Positions 50,305 through 62,084 of a DNA stretch of 64,000 bases are shown here, one piece after another. Source of the DNA: Lama glama (lineage: Eukaryota); assembly GCA_028534125.1 (NCBI GenBank), contig CM052832.1, positions 13,146,001 to 13,210,000 on the forward strand, written 5' to 3'. Within the stretch, counting starts at the first letter, position 1; every line of letters starts with the position of its first letter. The position numbers and the translations under genes were made by a program. The notes under the pieces are model-generated. The model saw only the letters and a program-made list of their open reading frames with translations. It was not told where the DNA came from and did no database searches.

Positions 50305-50780
50305 AATATATTAGGGTCCCAGCAGAAAAGAAAATTCTACTCAGTTGGTTTCACTGAAGAGATTGAAAGGATTTCTTTCAAAGGTATGGGTAAGTTTGAG
50401 GATACTCACAAGGGACAGTTAGTGTCCAAGGTCTGGCAATGACAGGGAGCTGTTCCCACCCAGGTTTGAAGGGGCAGAGGGAGAAGAGAGTGCTATTGTG
50501 TGTGAGTGAGAGGTGAGTGTGGTCCTGGGGGAGGCAGCCCCTCCCAGAACCACGATGCTCAGACTGGGCCAGGGTGGGAAGAAATACCCCAACCTCTCTC
50601 CTCTCATGTCCCATCTGCTGTGTGCTAGTGCCTCCTGCTGGCCAAACCCTACTGGAACCCACAGGGCAAGGGAACCAGGTGGTGGAGTTTGATGGAAAAC
50701 AACCTCCCGGAGTGTAGATCAGGACAGAGGAGCTGAGTGGTGGGGGATGGCGGGCAGCAGCAGGAGATTCTCCAGCACAG
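50305..50780 (-). mobile_element. ERVL-class LTR (LTR33/LTR16-like) remnant
   Basis: attagggtcccagcagaaa...ccccaacctctctcctctcatgtcccatctgctgtgtgctagtgcctcctgctggccaaaccc...gggcaaggga; a similar remnant lies at ~39270-39630. Confidence 0.55.
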
Positions 50781-52741
50781 AGAACAAACTTCCAAATCAG
50801 TCTAGGCCTCCTGCAGGTCAGGAGGCCCATGTCTTGACATAGGCTCACCGCCTCCTGGCCTTGTAATTGGATGTAGGACAGAATACCTTACTTGCCTGAC
50901 CTGCATTCTCAGTCCCAGACTTGCAGTGGTCTTTGTCCCAGGGAAGTTTGGCTGGACAGCTGTCCACCTGTCCCTATAAACCTCAACTTCTATAAGTGTA
51001 TGGCGCAGCCCCTGGGAGCCGCTTAATTTAGTCCTTAAAGACGTTTCAAGTCTGCCTCCCCTTTGAGGGTCTCATTGGAACTGATAATATGTAATTAATG
51101 CTGCTTAATTGATATTCTTGGGGCTTAGTCTTAGGGGTTTTAGGAGCTCTTGGGAGCATCTTTTGTAATATGTCAGGAGCTTTTCCCACTGGGTTTTGTT
51201 GCCGGGGGCAAAAAAGTAAGCTTTTCAGAGGGTGAATACCCTAATTTCCAGTCTTATTTCTCATTTGTACTTTCTTATTCTTCCCCTGGAGGCTGCCCCA
51301 GCCCTGGGGTCAAAGTCCCCTCACCTCCCTAATTGCTCAGCCCTTTCCCGGTTCTACATCACAGCCTCCCCAGTTCACACTTACCACCTACCCAACACTT
51401 CTCCAGGGTTCTCTGCATCAGAATCACTTGGTAAAACAAAGCAGATTTCAGATTTTGGGCTTCTCTGCAGCTTTGTTAATCAGGGGATTCCTGTGCCCGC
51501 TGGTGTTTGGTGGTCTGTGCTCCAGACTGCGAGCAGTGTGAGGCCCCTTCCCATCCTCGGAGACCAAGTATGGACAAAAGGCTTCAGAATGGACCAGAGG
51601 AAGGGACAGGCCCTTCTAGGGAGCTAGAAAAGTGTTCAGGGCTGGCTTGGCTCCGGATTACGGGTGGTGAGGGGTTAACCCACCCTCCCCTTCTTCCCTG
51701 CACAGCAATCAGATCTCATGCAGTGCCTTCATGTGCTTCCCACTGCTAATACCTCATCTCTCCAAGTCCCTTCTGGCTTGAAAACTCTCTAATTCTGTGT
51801 AGAACGAAATACAACCAAATTGATTTTCTTTTTTAAACATCAGTTCAATTGTGTTCTGACCATCATTAATAGGGGTGTAAATTGGGACCTGGTGGCTTCT
51901 TGGGCTTTTTAAATCCAAGTATTCATATTTCTTTTTCTTTGTTATTAGCCCAAGTAATGGAGGCTATAAAACATCTTTAGTAACGCCTTGGGTTGAAGAT
52001 TTTGCAGTTGTTTGTGATGTGCATATGTTAATTACCCCTGGTCCTGGTAATTTATCACTGCCCAGCCTGGCTCACTTGCCCCCTTTCCTTCTCTAGGAGA
52101 TCCTGGATGCCCTTGGAGTCCCCCTCCCTGTCCTGTTTCCGGGGGAGCTCCGTTTTCCTCTCTGGCAGAGACCAATCTCTAGGGAATTCCCCCCTATTGA
52201 AGCCTCGAGTGCCATTTTAGAAGCAGCGCTGTCATCTTCCCTAATGGGTGTTTTCCTTGGCGTCTCTGCCAGGAGTGGAGGGAAGAGGGGGGCTGCACAA
52301 AGGAATACTTGCTCCTTCTGGGCTGGGTTTATATAAAATCCTGCTGGAGGGATTTTTAGTGAGAGGAAGGGTGTGTACTGAGGAGGAGGTAAGTCCCTTC
52401 CTTAAGAGAGGATTCTCTCGAACCTGGGTGTTTACCTGGAGTGTCTGCATTCTAGAAAGCTATGAGGAGAAATTTTCTTTTCATCTGAAGATAGGAGGTA
52501 TTAAGAATTAGAAAGGGCAGGAGAGGAAAATATAGGAACTATTCTGGAACCAGGGTCATACATTAAAAAATTGTCATTGAACTTAGGGAATGGGACAGGA
52601 ACCCAGTCTTATTCAACTCCCCATGTCCTCTCCATGGCCTTGCACACAGCGAGGCTTCTATAAATGCTTGTGAAGTAAACCTCATCTTTATTTGACTTTC
52701 ATAATACTTGAGGACACTTGGCAGTTAAATGAAATACAAAT

Positions 52742-52945
52742 TGGCTTTGGAGTTAGACGTATCTGGGTCTAGATCCCGGCTCTGCCTAGTTGTGTGACCT
52801 TGGGCAAGTTACTTAACCTCTCTGATTTTCAGTTTTCTCACTTGTAAAATGGGTAATAACTCAAGGTTTTTGTGAGAATCAAATGAGATAACTTAATCAT
52901 CTGCTTGATCTACTGAGCATTCAATAGGGACTCAGTAAATATTAC
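52742..52945 (+). mobile_element. MIR SINE
   Basis: ggctttggagttagacgtatctgggtctagatcccggctctgcc..tgtgtgaccttgggcaagttacttaacctctctg..tcagttttctcacttgtaaaatggg. Confidence 0.9.
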
Positions 52946-53120
52946 TTTTTTTCCTTCCTCGTGCTATATTCTCGTATATCAGAGGTTCTCAACTCCATCT
53001 GCATCTTAGAATCTCCTAAGGAACTTAAAAAAAAATACAGTTGTTCAGGCCCCACCCACTGAGATTCAGATTTAATTGGCCTGTGGTAGGGCTTGAGCAT
53101 GGGTATTTTTGAAAATCTTC

Positions 53121-53557
53121 TGTTAAAGGATACCTTTCTTAAAAGATAGAATGATGATTCTCATAGAAATACAAAATGAGCACATGGCCAAGATTTATTC
53201 AACTTATTAATTAATGAGGGAACCCATAAGATGTTACAACTGGTTTAAATAATTCCAACACCACACACATATCGGCAATCAGGAATGCTGAAATGAATTT
53301 TAAAATAGATGCAAAATTGGTCAGTATCCACAGGGTAGTAATCAAATAAGCAATTGCATTCCACTGAGCAAAATTTATTTGCACTTCTGTTGATAAGAAT
53401 CACTTGAATTACTCTATGCTTTCTATAATTGACAGAGTTTTAAAGTAGCTCAGAGATAATGAAAGATGCAGACCTTCATGAAGTCAGATACTTAGACTAA
53501 TATGTGAAACAGGACACCCAGTGATCTGCTTTTTTGTACATTTTAATAGCTTTTACA
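53121..53557. mobile_element. Solo LTR (437 bp, probably ERV1 class) next to or within a MER5-like element
   Basis: TG...CA termini with an imperfect inverted repeat (tgttaaag / cttttaca) and a 4-bp TSD cttc at 53117-53120 and 53558-53561; the left flank (52980-53120) is MER5A-like. Confidence 0.75.
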
Positions 53558-54659
53558 CTTCCCCAGCCAAGGGGACACCCTGTCTTAGACCTTTGATATA
53601 GTTCTTTTAGCACTGTTACCATACTGTATTGTAATTATTTGTGTATGGACTGTCCCACCTGGGATGGAGAAGTCCTTAAGTACAGAATTCATGTTCTCTT
53701 TACTTTTGTAGCCCAGCACCCACCTACAAAAAGTGCTTAAGCAAGCAGGACAAGTAGTATTATTCTCCATCTTCTGATGAGGAAACGGAGGCTTTGAAAG
53801 GCTCTGATCATGTCATATAATTAGCTTGTGATGAAGTTGGGACTCAAGTCCACTCATCCATTTCTTCATTCCACCTTACTTCATTCAACAATTCCTAAGT
53901 ACCTACTATGTAGCAGTCACGGAGCAATGGGCTTCTGCCGTCCTTGCCCTGGGGACCTTACATGTAGGGCAACATGGCTTAGAGAGCATGAGCCAGAATG
54001 CTTGGATTATACCTTGAAGTCAGCAATTATTAGACATGTGACCCTGGACAAATTACCTGGCTACTCTGTGCTTTCATTGTCTTATCCATAATATGGGGAA
54101 GCCTACCATAAAAAGATTAAATAAGGTAAATATGGTGCAAAGTGTTTACCGCAGTTGCTGGTGCTATAATCATCTGTGAGTGAGGCTGTGACTCTGTTAA
54201 ACACTGTATCAGGTCCTGGGCTGCAAACATGAGGAAAACTTGGATCCTCCCATTGCTTGAGAAGCTCAGTTGAGTGGGGTGGAAAGAGCCTCATTAGACC
54301 ATGACTAGGGGATGTGATGAGTGCAGCTGTGGGGATGTGAAGAGGATTATGGGAGCACAGGGTTGGGGGTGGGAGTTGGAGAGCAGGGCTTCTGGGGAGT
54401 TGAGTCTTTAAACATTAGCAATTGGACCCCATGCAGGACCTGCTAGGAGGAGGAGGCTGCTGCAGGGATTGAGGTGAGAAAGTGAAGAAACCTCACCAAG
54501 GCCACTGTGGAGGAGGCAGGAGAGGAGAGATAAATCTAAAGCTAAAGCTGATGGAATTGACAGGAACAAGGGGTTGGTTGGAATGAGGGGGGGGTGAGGG
54601 CAAGAAGGTGCCAAATCTAGGGCTTCCCAGATAACCCCACACGGCCTTGGATTCTCACA

Positions 54660-54810
54660 GTCTAGCCCAGTGGTTCTCCAAGGGAGGTCCCAGCATGAGT
54701 ATCACCTATGTTTTTAGAAGTGCAGATTCTCGGACCTCATCTTAAACCCACTGAATCAGAGCATACAATCTGATCTGTGTTTTAACAAACACAAGTGATT
54801 CTGATGACCC
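54660..54810. mobile_element. MER5-like hAT DNA transposon remnant
   Basis: cagtggttctcca...cagcatgagtatcacct...tagaagtgcagattctcggacctca...ctgaatcaga...tgtgttttaacaa..aagtgattctgatg. Confidence 0.75.
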
Positions 54811-55594
54811 AAAATAGGGAGTGACTTGCCTTAAGTCATTTGGGAAGTTTAATGGGATTTAATTATTCAGTGTCAAATATGTGCAAAATTCTAGAGTATA
54901 TGTTGCAGAGGATACCAAGAAAGTTAAGTCTCTTTATTAGTTATCTATTGCTGAGTAACAGATTAGCCCAGAGTTTAGCCATTTAAATAACGCAATCATG
55001 AATCTGGGTGCAGCTTTGTGGGATCCTCTGCCTTCAGGGTCTCTCACAAGGCTGTGGTCAAGGTGTGGGCCAGGGCTTTGGTCATCTCAAGGTTTGACTG
55101 GGGCAGGATCCACTTCTAAGATCACTCAGTGGTTTTTGGTGGCACAAGTTCAGTGGTGGTTCAGAGAGAAGTAATTCTCCGGTTGGAGGAATCAGGAAGG
55201 TTTCCTGAAGGAGACACCATTAACAATGGACCTTGAAGAAATGGAGGGCATGCCATTGGCTGAGAAGGGTGGAGGACACAGCATAGGCAAAGGCAGTGAT
55301 GTGGGAAAGTGAAGGGCTTGCTCAGGTACCCAGGTATCAAAATCATCTCACTTGGGTGGAGACTAGATAGAGAAAGGGAAAATAAAGTGACGATGCAGAT
55401 TGGAGCCATAAGAGCAAGGCTTCCACTGTTAGATGAGGGAGCTCTCCCCTTGACTGCGGGTGGGAGGTGGGGGTCAGGAGGTGGGAGAGGCATGGGTCCA
55501 TCACTACTGGGGTCAGGACTGAGGGGCTCCGAGCCCACTGCTTCCCTGCCTCACCAGCCTCGCCACAAGGTCTACATCCCATCTCCTCTTGTAG

Positions 55595-55698
55595 TTCGGA
55601 CGCACCGAAGTCATCGACAACACACTCAATCCTGACTTTGTGCGCAAATTCATTGTGGATTACTTCTTTGAGGAGAAGCAGAACCTCCGTTTTGACTT
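55595..55698 (+). CDS. CPNE5: Copine-5 exon 4 (104 nt)
   Basis: cttgtag|TTC GGA CGC ACC GAA...GAC TT|gtaagt = [34 protein letters not shown](L), the copine C2A core. Confidence 0.98.
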
Positions 55699-56199
55699 GT
55701 AAGTGGAAGATGGTGCTGAAGATGGAGCTGGAGGAGGAAACACTGCTGGGAGGTGGGGCTACAAAGACCTGTGGTTGGGGCTGGAGTTTCCTTTCTGGGG
55801 AAGGGAAGGGGAACTGTGATCTTAGAGGAAGCCCAGGATTCGCCTGGGATAAAAGTAACAATTAGCAGAAGTCCAGGAGGGGAGGGAGGGGGATGATGGA
55901 GGAAGGGCTGCAGGGGAGACAGCAGGTGAGCCAGCCCCAGGTGAAGGGAGGTGCCCAGCACAGGGTCAGCCTGCCTGTGGCTGGCAGAGGTACATCTCCA
56001 TCTTGAGTGACCAGGCCTGAGGGCAGGCTGGGCAGGCTTGGGCAAAGGGAAACAATCAGGGAAGGTCAAAGGCAAGGTACTGAGCTCAAAGTGCTGCCAA
56101 GCCTTAGCTGGGAAGGTGGGAGAACAGGCAGTGAAGAGCAAGGTGGCTCAGGCACCTGTGAACCAGCCAGGGTGGCAGAGCAGGGTTATTTCATTTTTT

Positions 56200-56378
56200 C
56201 AGTTTTTAATGAGGTATAACATATATAGAGTGAAGTGCCCAAATCTTAAGAGCCCTCCCTCGTAGTGCATTTTGCCATCCATTTACCACCCAGATCAAGA
56301 GACGAAACAGGTCGAACACCCTAGAAAGCTCCCACTTGCAGTTCCATGCTATTACTCCCAGAAACACCCACTCTGTTA
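56200..56378 (-). mobile_element. Old L1 3' end fragment in intron 4
   Basis: tttttaatgaggtataacatatatagagtgaagtgcccaaatcttaag...accacccagatcaaga...caccctagaaagctccc. Confidence 0.7.
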
Positions 56379-56483
56379 GTGCCCGTTTTGGGGAGAACAG
56401 GGGTCCTGGATCAGCTCAAAAAGCCAGGCAGTTTTGGGCAGGATGCCCCAGCTGCCTTCACCATCTCTCTGTGTTCCATGCAG

Positions 56484-56523
56484 ATATGACGTTGACTCCA
56501 AGAGCCCTGATTTATCCAAACAC
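56484..56523 (+). CDS. CPNE5: Copine-5 exon 5 (40 nt)
   Basis: tgcag|A TAT GAC GTT GAC TCC AAG AGC CCT GAT TTA TCC AAA CAC|gtgagt = (L)YDVDSKSPDLSKH. Confidence 0.97.
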
Positions 56524-56730
56524 GTGAGTTCTGCCAGTGACTGCACAGCACTTCTGAAAGTGCCAAACTCTGAGTTGGCCCTGGGCTTCGCTGTTACACA
56601 AACTGTGTGTCTGATGCTGCATCCTGTCATTTCAGAGCCCTCATTCTTCAGGGGTGGGGTGATGGGAGAGGTGGGATGGCTGTGAGCAGAGTAGGTGACA
56701 GTGGTCTTTTTTTGTACCCTGAATGTACAG

Positions 56731-56807
56731 GATTTTCTGGGCCAGGCCTTCTGTACACTTGGAGAGATCGTGGGGTCCCCTGGGAGCCGCCTGGAGAAGT
56801 CCCTCAC
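56731..56807 (+). CDS. CPNE5: Copine-5 exon 6 (77 nt)
   Basis: tacag|GAT TTT CTG GGC CAG...CTC AC|gtaagt = DFLGQAFCTLGEIVGSPGSRLEKSL(T). Confidence 0.97.
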
Positions 56808-57064
56808 GTAAGTATACAGGGAGTGGGGCCTGTCTGGGTTGCTTCCTCAGTGATGGGCCAACTTCCTGCCCACCCTTGCTGAGGGCTGGCTCAGAGTAGG
56901 GGCAAAGCCGTCAGCCAGTCATAATGGACGATTAGAAATAAGGAGACCCCCATGGGCCTTGCCCTTGCAGGGCTTTTAGCCGAGTTATCTTGGAGGAACT
57001 CCAGCTCAGTAACTAGAGTCCCACATTCCTTAGAATGGCCCGAGATACTGTGTAGTCCACACTC

Positions 57065-57185
57065 GCCCCTTACCCCATCATTGTATAAGGGAAAAAACTG
57101 AAGCCCAGAGAGTGGAAGTGACATGCCCAAGGCCACACAGCTAGGAAGTAGAAGAGCTGGGATTTAAACTCAGGGGTCTTCTCAC
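57065..57185 (-). mobile_element. MIR SINE
   Basis: aaactgaagcccagagagtggaagtgacatgcccaaggccacacagctaggaagtagaagagctgggatttaaactcagg. Confidence 0.8.
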
Positions 57186-58474
57186 ATAGAGTATTCCTCA
57201 GATTGTTCATACCTTGTTGTAGGCCAAAGCTGGGCGTAGTGAGATCCTCCCCCTCCCACCCTGACCCTGACATTCTGCATTATAGAGTTTTAAGTGCTTT
57301 TAGAGGAAAGCTATTACACCGAGCAGGCTCTGGGATGAGCTATTTCCCACAGTGGTGCGTGAGGGTGGCTTCAGGGACCAGCCAGATCTGGCCAAGTGGT
57401 GGAGGTGACTTCTTTTGTCCTTGTTTCTCAGGAAGCCCCAGGAGCAGGGCCCAGGCAAGAGAGGCTGGCAGACTGGGACAAGGGTCCAGGTCATAGGGCA
57501 AGGTGGGCAGAAAATCCCTCCACTTGCTTCTGCCAAGTTCACACTAGATGCTGTCCCTTTACCATGATCAATAACTGTAAAATGTATTGTGTGTGTGGGT
57601 GGCAGTGGTCTCTCTCCCAGGTCCTTGTTTCTGATCCCTAGTAACTGTGTGATAACTTCAGAGCCCCCAGAAAGGCCTCCTTGCCCTCCAAAAGTCTCCT
57701 CCTCTGGGTTCACAGAAAATTGTGATAAACACCTATCATTTATTGAGAACAGGGAACAAACCCAGGTCTAGGGGGCTCTGAAGCTTATAGAATTTGAGAT
57801 CCCAGAAGTGAGTATATTTCTACCTCTCTCAGCTTCTAAATACCTGCGTAAAAAGCCCATGAGTCTTTGTGTCTGTTTCCTGTGCTGTCCTCTGGCCCAT
57901 CTTCAGTGGAAGGACAGTTTCTAGGGATAAAGGAAGACTTGGATAGGGGATGGAGCCCTTAAAGGGCAAGCAGGATCTAAAATGTTGAGATGCTGGGTGT
58001 TGGTGAAGGAGGGGGACCTATTCGCCCCACTGAAGTTTTCATGTGTCTAAGTCTAGTTGTCTCCCTGGCTGGGCCTGTGAGTGGCTTCCTTTCACTGGGC
58101 ATCTCTTCTGGCCCAGACAGTATTTTACCTCTGTGATCTCATGTGGTTCTCTCAGCAATATCCCCATTTCACAGCCCACAAACTGAGGCTCAAAGAGGTA
58201 GAACAGTGGTTCAGTGTAGCAGGCATCACACACTGTAACACGTTCCCAGGGGTAGTGATGCTGCTGGTCCAGGGACCACACTTTGAGGACTCCTGAGGTA
58301 GGTTGGGAAGAAGACCTCTCTTTCTCCTGGCTTGTGGCTCTTGATCCTGTTTTGATGTTTGATGCAAAACAGAAACCTGTCTCCAAGAATCCAGATGCCA
58401 AGCTTGCTGGCCTCTTAGGATGGGGGTGCTTAGCTCATGGCATGATCCCTCTCTTCCTCTCTCACTCTTCACAG

Positions 58475-58534
58475 GATAGGAGCATTCAGCCTGAATTCCA
58501 GGACGGGCAAACCTATGCCAGCTGTGTCCAATGG
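58475..58534 (+). CDS. CPNE5: Copine-5 exon 7 (60 nt, phase 2-2)
   Basis: Pyrimidine tract + cacag|G ATA GGA GCA TTC...AAT GG|gtaggt = (T)IGAFSLNSRTGKPMPAVSN(G), matching the CPNE5 sequence as I recall it. Confidence 0.93.
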
Positions 58535-60913
58535 GTAGGTCACCAGACATCTCTGCCCTTGGTCCTCAGACATCCAGCCAGTTCTGCAGAGGGGGCTTGA
58601 GACTCCTAGCTCAGTCCCTGCTCCTACCACTGTGCATTCAGCCCTGGCCAGGGGCACAGTGAGGGCCCTAGGTCTCTCCTTAAGGACCCAGGCACTTTGG
58701 CCACTCTGCAGCTGGCCGTCCCCCTATCCAGGGCAGAGCTCCAGCATCCCCAGCCCCAATGGCTCATGGGACTTTGGGGAGCAGGGTGGGGCTTAGAGGT
58801 AGGGGCTATTTCTGAGAAGCAGCAGAGGCTGGGCACTCTCCCTTCCCTTCCTCTCTCCTTGGCCTGGTTTGTCCCGCCTCCCACCTTTCACTCTTCCCCT
58901 CCCTTCTCCCACCTCACCCCTCTTCCCCTCCATTGCTTCCACTGCTGGATGTCAACCTCCTCACAGAGTAAATTCAGCTAAATCTTTACTTTCTGCATTT
59001 GCTTACCAGCTGTGATGAGCTAGCCTTGCTCCCCCAGCCCCCACCCTGACCATCTGCTTTTGGCTGGCCTCATGCAAGTATGGCAGTGAAGACCTTCCCC
59101 ACTCCTTCCCTCTCCTCTCTCCTGGTTGGAGGGAGTGTCCTCACCTGGTTAGGGGGCAGGGTAGGGAGCATCTGCTTGGAGGAACCAGCCTGGAGGTGCC
59201 TCTAGAGATGAGCATTTTGGATGAGTAAGCGAGGCTCCACTGGCCTTTGCTAAGGACTCCCAGAAGTTGGGGTCCTAGCAGCTGGATTGACCACCAGACC
59301 AGCTGGATGTGGGACTCAGGGATGCTCACAGTCCAGGAAGGGTGTAGATGATAATTTACAAGGAGAGTGAAGAAACAGCAATTGGAGAGGGAGCAGGAAT
59401 CAGAGAGAGAAACAGAGAGGGAGGGCGAGAAAGACCAGAGGGAGGGAGGAAGAGAGAGAAAGGTCGAGCAGGTGGGAGCAGATTGTGGCTGGAGAGGAGG
59501 GAAGGAAAGATCAGAAATAGAAGACAGGCTAGGAGGCAAAGAGAGGAACAGATGGAAAAACATTGGACAGAGGAGGCTGGTGTGAGGATTCTCCCTGGTC
59601 AAACAAATCAATCTTTACTACAAGAAATGGCCAGATTGGGGTGGGAGGAGGAGCTTTGGGGTGCTCAGCTCAGCTGCCCAAGTCTAGGGGGACAAGCTGG
59701 CAGGCACTGCCACCTGCCTGTGGCAGGGGAACTTTCAGATGTGGCCCCTGCTCTGCTCATCTGATTTGAAGAGAGCTGGGTTGTCTCATCAGCCCCTGGG
59801 GCTGGCTCCCATGCCTCCCTTGCCTCCTCTGTTTGAGAGTCTCTCCCTCCAAGAGCTGGTGCTGGGGAGAGCTCCATCAGTGGTTCTCAAAGTATATTCC
59901 TCTAGGCTGGCCTAAGAGTGGGGCTAGATTTTATCAGCTTTGCACAGTCGTAAAGGAAAGTGGGTAGGGGGAGAAATGATGGTCCTGAGGGCCTTCTCTG
60001 TGCCAGGCACTGTGTGTGTGTGCATCTTAGTTAGTAAAATGGATGCTATAATCACACCTAATTTACAGGTGAGGAAACTAGGCTCAGAGAGGTACAGTAA
60101 TGAGCCCAAAGTCACACAGCTCCTGGACAACATGCCATTTTCTTCTCTCTCCCTGGCTACCTTGGGACACCCCTAGGTTAGTCCCAAACACTGGAGTAGG
60201 GTGGGCTGGTGCTGCGGGAGGAATTCCTCCTGCCCCAGGGAAGAGGTAGTGTAGAGCTCCACTCTGGGAACTTGCCCTCCTAGAGGGGATTCTCTTGGTG
60301 GGCTGACTTCATGTCCTGGCTGCCCACATCATGGAGGAGCCACATGGTTGGCCAGGCTCTCTCTTCCCAAGAAAGATCCCAGCCAAGAAGTTCAAGGGGA
60401 GGTAGCCATGGTACAGGGCTTGGCAAGCTGCCACCAAGAGTATACCCTCTGCTTTACTCCCTCTTATTGTTCTCCCTCCCACGATGAATCAGAGTGGCTC
60501 AGAGCTGGAATGTTCCGGGACTCTGGGGGTCAGCTGGGTGCAGGGTGGGGTGGCTAGCCCACGAGGTCTTTTGCCCACAGAAGTGGTCTTTGGATGGAAA
60601 GTTTGAGAACCACTGGTCTGGAAGCCTCCGGGTGAGTCTGGATGCTTTTCCAATTCTAGGACTTTCACTGCAGACAGTACCCTTCCTGGTGGGCTCTTGG
60701 GGAGCAGGGGGCGGGGCAGCTCCAGGCCTGGGGGCCTGGCCCAAGAAGCAGTGCCCTAGTCCACAGGAGACTCTGTCTTCTCAGGGGCTTTGGGACAGAT
60801 CTGCTGGATGGTGGGGGGTGGGGGGAGGATGCGGAGGGCTGATTCAAGGAGAGTTCAGGCTTGTGTCTCTGTCTTTGTTTGACTCGCCATTCTTTCATCT
60901 TCTCCTCTCCCAG

Positions 60914-60977
60914 TGGTGTCCCAGGGAAGAAATGTGGCACCATCATCCTGTCTGCTGAGGAGCTCAGCAACTGCAGG
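60914..60977 (+). CDS. CPNE5: Copine-5 exon 8 (64 nt); gene continues beyond the window
   Basis: Long pyrimidine tract + cccag|T GGT GTC CCA...TGC AGG|gtgagt = (G)[21 protein letters not shown]. Cumulative CDS is 528 nt = 176 codons with no stop. Confidence 0.97.
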
Positions 60978-61639
60978 GTGAGTGGCAGAGGGACTCCAAG
61001 ACGGGACCTGGTAGGGGTAGGTATGGGGCAGTGACAGAAGGCAGGATGACTTCCCTGTGACTACAGGACCACGTGTGTCCTTGGAGGGATCAGGGCAAGA
61101 TAGGGTTCCTCAGTCTGACCTGACTCACAGAAATCCACAACTGTCATAGAAGTCCACAAGGTATCTTCTCTTTTTACAGCTGAGCTGACTGAGGCCTAGA
61201 AAGGGGAAGGGGCTCACCCACAGTCAGCAGCAGAGCTGGGCTGGGAGCCCTAGTCCCTTGACTGCCATGTCAGGGTTCCTTCCACTCCCCATCATGGCCA
61301 CCACTCACTCTTCCTTGAGCCAAGAATGCCTTGGCACTAACACTGGAAGCAGAGAGGCCTCTTCAGTCTTAGAGCCTGGGTGCTTGGCATTTAGTTCTCA
61401 TTTTTCACTTTAGCTCTGGAGTAGGGTTGAGGCTGGATGGGGCTGAGGGAGTAAGAGTGTGTGGTTGGAGTGTGTGTGTGTTGGGAAGCCTGAGTCTGCA
61501 ACATCCAGCAGCCCTTGATTTTGCTTTTCTGTGGGACCATGGAGAAGCAGGAGATGGGGACAGCTGAGGGGTAGCTGAGCACCCAAGAAGGGGCTCAGGG
61601 GACCCAATGGCTGATAATGATGATAAAATATAGTAGTGA

Positions 61640-61860
61640 TGACAGTTATTGTCTGTCAAGTGGTGGGCATTTTATGTTATCACTACTTCTGACAACAATC
61701 CTAAGAGGTAGGATAACCGTTGTCATTCCCATTTTATGGATGAGGACAGTGAGGCTCAGAAAGGCAAAGTCACCTATTCAAGGACAGTAAGTGGTAGAGC
61801 TAGGGTTCTAATCCATGTCACTCTGATTCTAAAACCCAGACTCATTTCCCTAAACCACCC
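61640..61860 (-). mobile_element. MIR SINE
   Basis: acaacaatcctaagaggtagg...cccattttatggatgaggacagtgaggctcagaaagg. Confidence 0.8.
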
Positions 61861-62084
61861 AGGCTTGCATGCCCCTTAGGTTAATTAGGAGCCGCAGGTG
61901 GGAACATAGTGAATCATAAGGAGAAAAGGAGGGGGCAGCAAAGTGTGAGCACAAGGCCAATTCTGGGGTAACCTGGGAATCCAGCTTCCCGTGGGGCTGG
62001 TCCAGCTCAGGTTAGTGGGACTGGGAGGGATGAGGAGAAATAGCATTTTCTGACCTTCCTGGGAAGTTTCAGTGTTGCTTTTGT

